DNA from: an uncultured delta proteobacterium
GTDB taxonomy: Bacteria > Desulfobacterota > Desulfomonilia > Desulfomonilales > Desulfomonilaceae
Length of the DNA: 64,000 bases
Assembly: GCA_963789265.1 (NCBI GenBank)
Contig: CAWBKB010000003.1
Coordinates: 320,001-384,000 of the forward strand
Direction of reading: 5' to 3'
The number at the start of each line of letters is the position of its first letter. Position 1 is the first letter of the stretch. A program made the translations under genes and the position numbers. The notes below the pieces were generated by a model, which searched no databases, had not been told where the DNA came from, and saw nothing but the letters and a program-made list of their open reading frames with translations. Positions 42,706 to 53,105 of the stretch are shown here, one piece after another.

Positions 42706-44109
42706 CTACGCGAGAGTTAGGACCTCACGCCATCGAGGCACGTGAACGTCCAAGCCGAACTGTTCTCTTATGGCCTTTGCCAGCACCTCACTCGAAGTCG
42801 GTTCGCCATGAATTACAAAGACTCGAGGCTTGGACCTGCCGGAAAAGTGTCCTACCCATCTCAGAAGATCTGCCTGGTCCGCGTGAGAAGACAACCCCCC
42901 GATGGTGAATACTTTTGCCCGAACCGCGATTTTCTCCCCGAAGATCCTGACCATTTTGGCTCCGTCCACGATCTGCCGGCCCGTGGTTCCTTCGGCCTGG
43001 AATCCGACGATCACAATACTTGCCCCGCGATGCCACAGGTTGTGCTTCAGGTGATGCTTGATCCGGCCCGCTGTGCACATGCCGTTGCCGGCAATAACAA
43101 TCGCAGATCCTTGCAGTTGGTTGATCTGCATGGACTGGGCTGTTGTCAATGTGGGTTTGAGATTCGGCATATCGAATGGGTCAAAACCCTGCCCTACAAT
43201 GGCCTGAGCAGCACTGTCGTAATACTTTTTGTTTTTTCGGAAGATCTCCGTTGCTTTGATAGCAAGAGGGCTATCAAGGTACACGGGAATATCGGGAAGG
43301 TGCCCGGCTCGGAAAAACTCCCCAAGAAGATAGAGAATTTCCTGGGTTCTTTCGAGAGCGAATGCGGGAATAATTACCTTTTCTTTGTGAGAAACCGCAT
43401 ACTTGATCGCGTCCAGTAGTTCCGCCTTGCTCTCATCGAATGTGCGGTGCAGACGGTTACCATAAGTTGATTCAATGAATAAGAAATCCGCCTCAACAAT
43501 TTCAAAAGGATCTCCCACAATCAACTGGTCATGTTTTCCCAGATCGCCGGTGAAGACGATCTTTGTCTCCTTCCCCTGATCCTCGATCCACATTTCCGCA
43601 ATGGCCGAACCGAGCACATGCCCTGCGTTTCTGAGTCGGACCTTGGTGCTCGGCTCAAGATCAATAGTCTGATTAAGCTCTACCGGAGCCAGATACCGTA
43701 GGCTCTCCTCCGCGTCCTTCATCGTGTAGAGCGGTTCTATTCCTCGCTTGGCCTGCCGGCGTTTCTTTCTGGTCCGCCATTCAGCGTCCATCTCCTGCAC
43801 ATGGGCAGAATCGAGAAGCATTATCTTACAAAGTTCGGCGGTGGGCGGTGACGTGACTATCCTCCCGCGAAAGCCGTCCTTCACTAATTTCGGGATGCGG
43901 CCGCTGTGGTCGATATGAGCGTGGGTCAAGACGAGGTTCTTGATCTCTCTTGGATCGTAACCCCAATCTTCCCGGTTGCGCCGATCCATCTCTTTGCACC
44001 CCTGAAATAGGCCGCAATCCACGATGAGGCTCTTGGCCCTGGAAGTTTCAACGAGATAATTCGAGCCGGTTACGGTCCCTGCGGCTCCGCAACATGTCAC
44101 TTTGACCAC
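42706..44109 (-). CDS. MBL-fold beta-CASP ribonuclease
   Basis: GAAGTVTGS, DCGLFQG, THAHIDHSGR, ESTYG, SSHADQ, HGE. Confidence 0.92.
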   Translation of the reverse strand: MVKVTCCGAAGTVTGSNYLVETSRAKSLIVDCGLFQGCKEMDRRNREDWGYDPREIKNLVLTHAHIDHSGRIPKLVKDGFRGRIVTSPPTAELCKIMLLDSAHVQEMDAEWRTRKKRRQAKRGIEPLYTMKDAEESLRYLAPVELNQTIDLEPSTKVRLRNAGHVLGSAIAEMWIEDQGKETKIVFTGDLGKHDQLIVGDPFEIVEADFLFIESTYGNRLHRTFDESKAELLDAIKYAVSHKEKVIIPAFALERTQEILYLLGEFFRAGHLPDIPVYLDSPLAIKATEIFRKNKKYYDSAAQAIVGQGFDPFDMPNLKPTLTTAQSMQINQLQGSAIVIAGNGMCTAGRIKHHLKHNLWHRGASIVIVGFQAEGTTGRQIVDGAKMVRIFGEKIAVRAKVFTIGGLSSHADQADLLRWVGHFSGRSKPRVFVIHGEPTSSEVLAKAIREQFGLDVHVPRWREVLTLA

Positions 44110-44443
44110 GATTTTTCCTTTCCGAATCTCAGGTGGTGGCACAAGGGCCTGACCGTTTCTGAGCATACCTCAGCACAGGTTTCCGGGGCAATGGTAAACT
44201 CCGCTGCCTGCCGTGTATCGACTTTGTACCTTCCTTCTTGGAAGGAAACCGGTCCAGGCATAAGTAAGAGTGAAGATTTCGCTTGACCGGTACAACCACG
44301 ATAACGTATGCCCTGACGGCAAGAAATATTTGGCGTCAGTTCCGGCAGGATGTGGGAAAGGAAATGAACTGCATCAGCCGCAGTTTTTTTCTCTATCGAT
44401 GCGGTTCGCTGCGCTCACCACATCCTACTACAGAGGGAACGCA

Positions 44444-44887
44444 TTGAATCTGAAGTTGCTTGTTCCTTTGCTTATCACCGCGGGTGTAACCATTCTTGGG
44501 TGGTTTGCCATCCACCAACTCACAGCGTGGCGTGATCAAGCCAACAAACGTCGAGAACAACGAATCGCGTTTCTAATTGAGGCGTTCCGTCGTTTTGCGA
44601 AGGCGGTGCATCATCCTCGTCTCCATGAAGTTGCCGAAGAAGTCTAGTCCGCCGTAGCCGATATCCATTTATTTGGCAGTGCGGCTCAAGTTCATCGTAT
44701 TCAGTCCTTTGTCAAAGAGCTTGCAGAATCGCAAGAGGCGAGGATTGATGTGTTGCTGGAATCGCTACGCAATGACCTTCGTGAAGAACTACGACTACCA
44801 AAGCTTGAGGGCAGACTTTGGTGGATTCGAATCGAACAAAAAGGGCCTGGACAACAGAGCAAATCAGTACTTAAGTCAGCACAGTAG
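44444..44887 (+). pseudogene. Membrane-anchored hypothetical protein interrupted by an in-frame TAG at 44645-44647
   Basis: The frame stays open and protein-like (SAVADIHLFGS..LRNDLREEL..) for 79 more codons. Confidence 0.6.
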
Positions 44888-44949
44888 AGATTGCGAAGTG
44901 AAAACATGAGTGAACCACCCTTCATAAAACCACCTGGAGGCATCTCCCC

Positions 44950-45417
44950 ATGACAGCCGTAGTTTCACTCCAAGATGTCGTCGGTGAAATGGACATGCAA
45001 AGCGATGAGACCGTGGGATTCCTCAATAAGCATACAGGCGAACTCATCACTTTTTCCTCAGAAGATCTTTCGGCGGCCGAAGACGAGGAACTCGACACTA
45101 ATGAGTATCCGGATTGGCAAATAGAAGTCATCGAGCAGGCGAGGAAAGTTCTCGGTTCCGATGAGTACCTTACGCTTCCAAGCCAGTACGACATTCATGA
45201 GTACCGTATAATGGAAGAGTTCTGCCACTCAATCGCGGACGAGGACGTGAGCGACAAGCTACTGGACGCCATAACAGGTCGTGGAGCATGGCGTCGCTTC
45301 AAAAATGCCATCCATCATATCGGGATCGAGAAGGAATGGTATCGTTTTCGCGAACTTGAGCTTGAGAAGATTGCCGTAGCTTGGCTTGAAGAGCACGGAA
45401 TCCCGTGCAGGCGCTGA
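44950..45417 (+). CDS. UPF0158 family protein
   Basis: LPSQYDIHEYRIMEEF, GRGAWRRFK, W..FR..AVAWLEEHGI. Confidence 0.88.
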   Translation: MTAVVSLQDVVGEMDMQSDETVGFLNKHTGELITFSSEDLSAAEDEELDTNEYPDWQIEVIEQARKVLGSDEYLTLPSQYDIHEYRIMEEFCHSIADEDVSDKLLDAITGRGAWRRFKNAIHHIGIEKEWYRFRELELEKIAVAWLEEHGIPCRR

Positions 45418-45479
45418 AAGCAAGATTTCATACCACTGCGCCGCCATATAGATTAATAATCTTAGATTAGGATGTGCTG

Positions 45480-45635
45480 GGGGAGTCCCGCGCCGATCCC
45501 GGGACTGCATGTCATTTGTCATTCCCAACGCAGATTCCGGGGGCAGTCCCGCCATTGGCGGGACTGCCCCCGGCGGCGATTCGCGAACAACCCCGCGTCC
45601 CGCGGGGTGGCCGGTCCTACTGGATGCCCGCGACA
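45480..45635. repeat. Cluster of GC-rich palindromes
   Basis: Hairpins at 45485-45505, 45541-45569 and 45591-45607; the second resembles 49073-49099. Confidence 0.6.
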
Positions 45636-45854
45636 CTTTTGTCGTTCATACTAGACCATGCCTGTCGCGTTTTCGCCCACTTGCGGACACTTTATTATTC
45701 TTCTCATCTTGTTTGGATGCAATTGTTCGGTTTTGGGTTCTGCCTTCGCGCCCCGCTCGTTCAAGGCATTGCAGGGGATTAAAGAAAGCATGAGGCATCG
45801 CGAGGTGTGGGTCGGGGAGGCAGCCGATGTGAAATCTAAGCATGCGCGACTCCG

Positions 45855-46055
45855 TTAGCCCCACCTCAGTGCCCCATTATTGCATGACAGGGAAGCGCTA
45901 CCACCGGACCTACACGTCCCCCCCTGGCCGGCACTCCCGTAATGGCACGGGCCGTGCGCTTCGTGCGTCTCGTCAAATTCTATTATCTCCGGTTTTTGGT
46001 ACTGCGGACGGGCATCTTTTTGCGGTATTGTTCCGTCACGGCCGTTTTCAGCCAT
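45855..46055 (-). CDS. Putative RiPP precursor peptide (66 aa)
   Basis: YQKPEI leader motif then Gly/Ser-rich core with three CxxG units; GGGGGTG RBS-like site. Confidence 0.65.
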   Translation of the reverse strand: MAENGRDGTIPQKDARPQYQKPEIIEFDETHEAHGPCHYGSAGQGGTCRSGGSASLSCNNGALRWG

Positions 46056-46346
46056 AGTCGAGCTTCACCCCCATGATTCAGTACAGAAGGATTACCACGC
46101 TGCGGAGAAAAAATCACTGAGTGTCCTGAAGAGCCATCACGTGGTAAAAGGTGAGGAACCGTAAAGAGGAAAGGGAAAGATCCGACTGGCCGGTGTGAGC
46201 GAAACAGGCGATTCTTACATTGGAACGAGAAGAGTGTGGCGGCCTGTTATTTTCATGGCTCTATGTCTCGCTCACAGACAATGCGACACGGGTTGGTAGC
46301 TGTTCTCACGTAAACAAGACCCTGAATCACGCTCAGGAGGTGTCAG

Positions 46347-47468
46347 ACGTCGAGATTATTGTGCGTGCTCATCGTGGCGTCGGCGGCGCTGGCGTCCCCG
46401 GCAGGCGCGGCCGGACCTATTGATCTGGGGGCGTTCCTCTCCATGACCGGAAATGGCGCCTCATGCGGCGATATGGGATGGACAGGCATTTCTGTCGCCA
46501 AGAAGATGGAACCGAATGCCCTGGGAAGGCCGGTTGACGTTAAACTTGCGGACACCAAATCGGACAAATTCGAAGCGGCCAATGCTGTTTCGAGGCTTAT
46601 CGAAAACGAGAAGGTCTGCGCCATAATCGGGGGGATGGATTCAAGCGATGCTATAGCAGGCGCGGACTTGGCTGAAAGGAGCAGGATCCCGATGGTGTCC
46701 CCCACAGCCACCAATCCACTTGTGACTCAAGAGAAGAAATACATCTTTCGTCTGTGCTTCATTGATACTGACCAAGGCCGAGTTCTCGCCAAGTTCGCCC
46801 ACGACCGGCTCAAAGCCAAAACCGCAGCGCTGATCTGTGATATTTCGCAAGATTATTCTTTGCGCCTTGCCGCCTCCTTTAAGAAGGAGTTCGCAAAAGC
46901 AGGCGGGCGGATCGTGTCGGAAACAGAATTCAAAAGCGGTGACCGAGACTTTACTCCCCAGTTGAGTTCCATCAAGGAAGCAAATCCTGATGTAATTTGT
47001 GCTCCAATTTATTACACCGAATGCGCACTTGCGGCCAAGCAGGCTAAGGCTCTGGATCTGACGGCCCCCATACTCGGAGGTAATGAACTTCATGCACCTG
47101 AACTATTGAAACTCGGGGGCAGCGCGGTGGAAGGCATATATTTTACGACGTATTTTCATAAAGACATGATAACCAGTAAATTAGGGAAAAAATTCCTGGC
47201 CCTCTTCAAGGCCGAGTATCCCAACAAAGAGTTGGACGCTTTGACAGCTATGGCCGCGGATGCATATTTGATCGTTGTCGACGCGATTAAGGGAGCAGGT
47301 TCGGCCGAGCCCGTGAAAATTCGCGAGGCCCTCGCGGCAACCAAGGACTTCGACGGGGTGACCGGGAAAATCACGATGAAACCCGACGGAAATCCTATCA
47401 AAGCCATGGTGATAGACAAGGTGAAAGGCGGCAAATTCACATACGTAACGACAATAAATCCGGAGTGA
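46347..47468 (+). CDS. Branched-chain amino-acid-type (LivJ-like) ABC substrate-binding protein
   Basis: Signal peptide, SPTATNP, FRLCFID, DFTPQL, GVTG; the best-spaced codon after AGGAGG is ACG at 46347 (track start TTG 46359). Confidence 0.88.
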   Translation, partial: TSRLLCVLIVASAALASPAGAAGPIDLGAFLSMTGNGASCGDMGWTGISVAKKMEPNALGRPVDVKLADTKSDKFEAANAVSRLIENEKVCAIIGGMDSSDAIAGADLAERSRIPMVSPTATNPLVTQEKKYIFRLCFIDTDQGRVLAKFAHDRLKAKTAALICDISQDYSLRLAASFKKEFAKAGGRIVSETEFKSGDRDFTPQLSSIKEANPDVICAPIYYTECALAAKQAKALDLTAPILGGNELHAPELLKLGGSAVEGIYFTTYFHKDMITSKLGKKFLALFKAEYPNKELDALTAMAADAYLIVVDAIKGAGSAEPVKIREALAATKDFDGVTGKITMKPDGNPIKAMVIDKVKGGKFTYVTTINPE

Positions 47469-47475
47469 TCGTAGC

Positions 47476-48198
47476 ATGCTAAGGAGCCTTCAAACAGCGC
47501 TGGGATTTCTTACTGTTTTTGGGAGCCGTGATCGCACTATCACGGATTTGGCTGAAATTGGCCGGTCCGCATGGGCTTTTCCGGTTGTGGGCGCTATAAT
47601 CGGCTTAATTCTCGTGATCGCCCATCTCGTTTTTTTCTCGCACCTCCCATCCTTTATTGCTGCCATTTTGACAGTGACGTTGTGGATCGTCCTCACCGGA
47701 GGGCTCCATCTGGACGGATGGACTGACTGCTGGGACGCATTGGCTGCATCGGTGACTCCTGAACAGCGATTCGCCATCTTGAAAGATTCTCGTGTGGGGA
47801 CTTTCGGTGCCGTGGCTCTTATCGCCCTCCTCGCTCTGAAGACGGCTGCCCTTGCATCCGACGATTTGGGGGTTGTTGCGCTGTTCCTTGCGCCGGTCGT
47901 GGGCCGAGGTGTCATGGTGGTGACTGCTTACGGATCCAGACATAGAGGAGAAGGCATGGCCGCGATGTTTCTTGCCGGACTAGATCGGAAGACAGTTCGA
48001 TGGGCAGCGCTGATCGGGCTGGTCCCGGCGGTAATCGCGGGGTGGATGGGGATCCTGGCGGCCGCGGGCGCTTATCTTGGAGCTATTTGGTTCAGGAACT
48101 TCTCTGATTCGAGGCTTCCCACCATTAACGGCGATGTGTTGGGGGCAATCTGCGAACTTTCGGAAACCCTGTTTCTCTTGATCGCCTGTATCAGGTGA
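47476..48198 (+). CDS. cobS: Adenosylcobinamide-GDP ribazoletransferase
   Basis: TGGLHLDG..D..D, LKDSRVGTFG, NGDVLGA..E. Confidence 0.95.
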   Translation: MLRSLQTALGFLTVFGSRDRTITDLAEIGRSAWAFPVVGAIIGLILVIAHLVFFSHLPSFIAAILTVTLWIVLTGGLHLDGWTDCWDALAASVTPEQRFAILKDSRVGTFGAVALIALLALKTAALASDDLGVVALFLAPVVGRGVMVVTAYGSRHRGEGMAAMFLAGLDRKTVRWAALIGLVPAVIAGWMGILAAAGAYLGAIWFRNFSDSRLPTINGDVLGAICELSETLFLLIACIR

Positions 48199-48974
48199 AA
48201 GCCATGAGACTCGGGACCACGTCCTACATTTATCCGGCGGACATCATCACCAACGTCCGCAAGCTGGCGGGCAGAGTTCAAGATGTCGAACTCGTCATAT
48301 TTGAAGTCGATGAAGGCTTAAACGATCTTCCAGATGGGGACACGATTGACGAGCTAAGGCTGCTGGGCGCGGATTATAATATGACTTACACAGTCCATCT
48401 GCCTCTGGGGCTCGGCCTGGCGGATGAGGATCCGTCCATAGCTAAAGCCGTTCAGGTGATCAGACGCACGGAGCTGCTCTCGCCACGAGCTTTCATTGTG
48501 CATCTTGAAGGTAAAGATGAATCCCCATCCGGACAGAACCGACGATGGATAGACAACTCCGTGCGATCCCTGAAGATCATCTGTGACGAAGTCTGTCGGC
48601 CCGAACATATCTGTGTCGAAAATTTGGATGACTGGTCTCCGACAATGCTCGATGCAATCTTGGACACGATGCCTGTGTCCTGCTGCGTGGATGTAGGCCA
48701 TCTATGGAAACAGGGGCTGGAGCCAACCCCATTTCTCGACAAATGGTCTTCACGTGCCAGGGTTGTCCACATTCATGGAGTAGGTGAGCGCGACCACATG
48801 CGACTTTCTCTTATGCCGGCGGCTACGCTGGACCCGGTGGTGGAGAAGCTCCACAGGCGCTTCCGAGGCGTGCTCACATTCGAAGTGTTCAACGAGAGAG
48901 ATCTATTGGACTCGTTGGCGACCTTCCACGAATCCGTAGAAAGAGTGGACCTGAGCCGCCAACACCATAGGTAA
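48195..48974 (+). CDS. cbiR: Cobamide remodelling phosphodiesterase CbiR-like (xylose-isomerase-like barrel)
   Basis: RLGTTSYIYP, TVHLP, CVENL, DVGH, HIHG, DH, TFEVF; overlaps cobS. Confidence 0.78.
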   Translation: MKAMRLGTTSYIYPADIITNVRKLAGRVQDVELVIFEVDEGLNDLPDGDTIDELRLLGADYNMTYTVHLPLGLGLADEDPSIAKAVQVIRRTELLSPRAFIVHLEGKDESPSGQNRRWIDNSVRSLKIICDEVCRPEHICVENLDDWSPTMLDAILDTMPVSCCVDVGHLWKQGLEPTPFLDKWSSRARVVHIHGVGERDHMRLSLMPAATLDPVVEKLHRRFRGVLTFEVFNERDLLDSLATFHESVERVDLSRQHHR

Positions 48975-49177
48975 TGAGGAGCGGCCGTATGCATTCAGTT
49001 ACAGCCCGAATTTGCGGATGGCTTCGTGGGGTGGGCTTTCTAGCCCGCCATTGAACAGGGGGTTCCCCGGCAGGCAGTCCCGCGCCTCGTGGGACTGCCC
49101 CACAAGATTGGATGGTTACGAGCGGCCAGCTTTTCTTATTGACACTCTTGGGCAGGTAATGCAAAAATAGTAGAATT

Positions 49178-49264
49178 GCCGAAGTGGCGGAACTGGTAGA
49201 CGCGCCAGGTTCAGGGTTTGGTGGGCGTAAGCCTGTAGGAGTTCGAGTCTCCTCTTCGGCACCA
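49178..49264 (+). tRNA. tRNA-Leu(CAG)
   Basis: 87-nt class II cloverleaf GCCGAAG...CTTCGGC-A-CCA, TT-CAG-GG loop, long variable arm; terminator-like hairpin follows. Confidence 0.96.
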
Positions 49265-49774
49265 ATATGAACGAACAAACCCGGTCAAATCGATCGGGTT
49301 TTTGTTTCAGGCGGCGAGATGGCCTGTTTTGAAACAATACCCGATTATCGGAATTCTCGAAACTAATCACGAAAAAAGAGCATGACTTAGCGGCACCGGG
49401 CACCTTGCAGTGGGGATGGGCATCCTGCCCGTCCGTCAGCGACAGGCTGGAAGCCTGTCCCACCAATCCGAATTAGCTGCCAATACTCCGCGTGCTACTG
49501 ACTTGGATGCCATCCTGGGCACTGGGCCAGCGCGTTTTATTGCCAGCCGATTCTCACCGCTGATAGCGAAATGGCATTGACGGCGGTAGATGACGGCAAT
49601 ATTACTTGCTCGAATGTGCGTTGATATAAAAGAAGTAGCATTGACAACCCGAGTTTCATAGACAAATTAGCAGCAGACAAAGCGGCTGGAGAGATTCAAT
49701 CATCAAACCGACTCTCCGGACGAGAATCTGGGGGTTAGAAATTTTCGGCGAGGCCGCGGAAAGGAAAGAAGACC

Positions 49775-50128
49775 ATGAACATCGGGCCGGAACTATTGGG
49801 AAAAATAGATGCTCTTCACGACATGGCTCGGGAATTCGTCGAGCGGGACCAAATTCATGGGGTGGCCGTTGAATACGAGTACAATGCCTGTGCCTTCGAT
49901 CAGTGGAGACGTAGAGTCAATGACCTGCTCTTCAGTCTTGGAGGCTGCGAAGACATTTATTATCAGCGTTTCTCAAAAGAAGTAGTCCAACCTAGCATCA
50001 AAGACCTTGAAGAGGGCTTGCGGATTCTCTCCGCAGTGAGAGATGACGTGGCAAGAGCCTTACATAAGCAAGCAGGCGAACTGAACCACGGAGTCTCCAA
50101 AGTCAGGTTGAGCGTGAGCTATCATTAG
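49775..50128 (+). CDS. Hypothetical protein
   Basis: 117-aa helical ORF with purine-rich RBS. Confidence 0.65.
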   Translation: MNIGPELLGKIDALHDMAREFVERDQIHGVAVEYEYNACAFDQWRRRVNDLLFSLGGCEDIYYQRFSKEVVQPSIKDLEEGLRILSAVRDDVARALHKQAGELNHGVSKVRLSVSYH

Positions 50129-50871
50129 TCGATGGATTGTCGAGTATGTGTGCAGTTGCGGTTTGTGCACAAGGGGTCTGTATGTTCGGGGATTCGAAAC
50201 ACGAGATAGTAAAGGGTCGCTATGAGAATGAGTACCAAAATCCCGGCCCACAGCACATCTGTTGGGAAGTGACCTCCTTGGATTACTCTGGTTACGCCGA
50301 GAAGAATGCCGTACGCGATCCCCGCGGCCAACGCACAGACGGACAGTGCCGGATGAAAAGGATAGAAAGCTGCGCCCGAAGCTAGTGAAAACCCCATAGA
50401 ACAGTGACCGCAGGGGAAAGATTTACCCGCCAGTGGCCCGCCAGGCATCCACACTTTCCGATAATTCTCAGTTCCGCCCATTATTGTGATGTCGGCAGGG
50501 CGTGGCCGACCCCAGCAAGGTTTAAGAATCCCGTTTACCAGTAATCCCGGCCCCAGAGCAACACTGAGAATCACCACAAGACAGCTTCTTGCATATTGAG
50601 GCCGAGCTTTTCCTAATCGCGCTGCCACGTAGAGCGCAATTGCCGCGGCAACAAGTATGAACGGCGGAATCTCACCGTAATCGTACAGGAAGCCCCAGGG
50701 TAGTTCACGGCCGTGAAACCATCCTCCTAAGGGCCCATTTCGTGAGTAGAAATGGCTCACCCAGGCAAGATCCCATCCAGTGGCGTCCAAAATCGCAGTA
50801 CTCGCGACACCCAGGAGCAGAAGACTGAAGATGATCACGATTCCTCGGGTGCGAGAGTGTTTTACCAGCAT
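50125..50871 (-). CDS. PAP2 family membrane phosphatase
   Basis: K..WGRPRP, SFPCGH, R..QGGHF..D. Confidence 0.92.
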   Translation of the reverse strand: MLVKHSRTRGIVIIFSLLLLGVASTAILDATGWDLAWVSHFYSRNGPLGGWFHGRELPWGFLYDYGEIPPFILVAAAIALYVAARLGKARPQYARSCLVVILSVALGPGLLVNGILKPCWGRPRPADITIMGGTENYRKVWMPGGPLAGKSFPCGHCSMGFSLASGAAFYPFHPALSVCALAAGIAYGILLGVTRVIQGGHFPTDVLWAGILVLILIATLYYLVFRIPEHTDPLCTNRNCTHTRQSID

Positions 50872-50998
50872 TGCGGAACCTCATACGATCGAAATTATCG
50901 AAAGTGATCACTGATTAATTGGTGGGTGCCACTGCTGGGCAAGGCAGCAGTGGCACCCGGCTCGAAACGAGACACCATGTTCAGGAAATCGAGTGCTG

Positions 50999-51189
50999 AT
51001 ACCAGTGCGCCATCAAACAAGTGACAATCCCCGCGAGGATATGGTGGGGCAGGCATCCTGCCTGCCATTGGTCACCCCGGACTTCGATCCGGGGTCCAGT
51101 CTGGATGCTCGCGTACGCGGGCATGACGACAGGCAAGATGCCTGTCCCACTAAAAACACGATGTCACTTGTTTGAAAGCGAATCGGTAT
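50999..51189. repeat. MITE-like repeat, copy 2
   Basis: TIRs ATACC..TCAAACAAGTGACA / TGTCACTTGTTTGA..GGTAT; colinear with 6141-6383. Confidence 0.8.
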
Positions 51190-51464
51190 GAGTACTCCTT
51201 TTCGCAAATACGGTGAGGTTAAGAACCCGGTCCAGAAGAAGATTGCTTAGCTGCGCTCGCAATGACAGGTAGTGGGAATGTCATTGCGAGGAGTGAAATC
51301 CCGCGTCCCTCGGGAAAGCAATCTCTATCGTGAAAATACGTGACCGAATTTATGAAACTGTGTATTTAGCTCCCTTCCATCAAAAAAACTATCTTTAGCC
51401 CACTAGCTCGTCTCCGAAAAGACATCTCCCCGTTGCAGCGGCTACGCGGCACATGGGCAGAAAA

Positions 51465-52001
51465 CTACTCGCAAAATGTGGCAAATTGAACGAACTCTCT
51501 GAGTCGTTCCAGATCTTTAACTGATATATGGGTTATCTCGAACCCGGCCACCTGGCGCTTGGTGTCAGTTTCCGCTCTGGTCCATCTGCATTGTGCCTCA
51601 AACGAAAACGGTTGAACATCGGCAAATTGCGAGGCTTGAATAAGAAAACCCTTTTTTTCGCCGACTTCGGTCTTCAAGTTTACGATTTGGAGTCCTTTTT
51701 CAGTAAGGTCTCTCACGTGGCAGTCCGCATTCAAATTGTCCATGTCAGTGATGGGCAGTTTCATTATCGTATAGCATCTCGGCACGTGTCGCACGGAACC
51801 GTGCACAACTTCATGCTGCGGCCAAAGCAGACGGCCGTCAAGGTCGCTTTCGGTTATCAAATTAGCGTCTTTCAGCTTTTTGAAGACCTTCTCCAATGAT
51901 ATCGCTGAAACCTGGTACTTTTCCATCAATTGAGCATTGGTCATTCCTGCGTTAATGTCCGCAACAATCGGCCGCGCCGGAATCTGCTTCTTTGGCCGCA
52001 T
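51465..52001 (-). CDS. PilZ-domain protein with N-terminal HTH-like domain
   Basis: RxxxR (RHVPR) and DLTEKG motifs; AGGAGG RBS before ATG 52001. Confidence 0.8.
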   Translation of the reverse strand: MRPKKQIPARPIVADINAGMTNAQLMEKYQVSAISLEKVFKKLKDANLITESDLDGRLLWPQHEVVHGSVRHVPRCYTIMKLPITDMDNLNADCHVRDLTEKGLQIVNLKTEVGEKKGFLIQASQFADVQPFSFEAQCRWTRAETDTKRQVAGFEITHISVKDLERLREFVQFATFCE

Positions 52002-52500
52002 GATCGGAGCACCTCCTGTGAGTCGTCTGAATTCAGCACGTTTGACGGATGATTTCAGGAATTTCGCCCCAAGTGCACGTGCAAGCCCAACCCAGGGCGT
52101 GATCCAATGGGAGTGCTGACATCCCAAACCGAATCGTCGCAAGATCGGGAATGCCTTGAGGACTTCTGTGGCCGCGTAATCGCCACATTGTCCCGTCCGT
52201 AAAATACACCGAAATCCCTAGTTGTAACAACTGCCGGTAGTGTCCTAATTTGAATTTCAGGATTTAGAGGGAGAGAGCGTACGTGTACCTGAACTACTTA
52301 GCCAATTTACTCTTCTCCGGTCCATTCTTGAACGTTGAGTTGGATTTCATCATTAAGGACTGCCTTTTTCTGCTCGGGGTCAAGACCAGTTAAGACTTGT
52401 TGGTACGCTTCCGGTTGGTTTCCTGGCTTTTACTTTTCCTACGCCAATTGGCCTTCCTTCACTGATCAATTCCCATTCATATTCTTTTCCATTCATTGAA

Positions 52501-52827
52501 TTATCCTTCCTTTCTTTGATGTTCCGCTACAATTGCAGCGCGTACCGCATTCAAAGGAGAGTCCACCGGGCCTTGATGCAGAACAGCAAAGAACTTGCGC
52601 TTGCTGGACTTCTCGTCTGTGACATAAGACCAAGCATAACAGCGGGTAGCTGTAGGGTGCCCCTCAACATCGAATACCTGGACTTCCCCTTCCCAGACAG
52701 TCTTACCCTGAAAAACCTCTCTTACAGGCACAGATTCGACCCACGTAGCCTTGCAGCAGTGGAGATCGCGAATGGCTTTGATGAGGGCCTTGATAGGGGC
52801 TTCGGTGTTAGATTTTGATGAATTCAT
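52501..52827 (-). CDS. Hypothetical passenger protein
   Basis: 108-aa ORF, VESVPVREVFQGKTVWEGEVQVFD..CYAWS..AVRAAI; protein-like. Confidence 0.75.
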   Translation of the reverse strand: MNSSKSNTEAPIKALIKAIRDLHCCKATWVESVPVREVFQGKTVWEGEVQVFDVEGHPTATRCYAWSYVTDEKSSKRKFFAVLHQGPVDSPLNAVRAAIVAEHQRKEG

Positions 52828-52945
52828 GATACTAAATCTCCAGAACGGGTTGAGTTGATCCCCCCGTCCACGGTCTTTGGTTCTAAACTAAATCATATTT
52901 TTGTAAATTGCCATAAAAAAAGAATGAGCCAAAAAGTGGTATCTC

Positions 52946-53072
52946 TTGACAATATCATCATAACTAAGTAGAATAAGGAAACTTATAAATGGGGAGATGC
53001 CTCATGGCAGACGTGCTAAAATTGCGAGAAACTGCTTGACAACCTCAGTGAGAAGAGTTACATTTTTCTCAC
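52946..53072 (+). promoter_or_regulatory. Two tandem sigma70-type promoters with an inverted repeat over the second -10
   Basis: TTGACA-17-TAGAAT (52946-52974), TTGACA-17-TACATT (53036-53064), GTGAGAA...TTCTCAC. Confidence 0.7.
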
Positions 53073-53105
53073 AATAACCAAGCGCGATTCACACGAAAGG
53101 AGTGA

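Noticed and set aside
52305..52496. Additional small passenger gene in the IS (minus strand)
   Set aside because: Needs an assumed frameshift to reach about 63 aa and has no recognisable motif.
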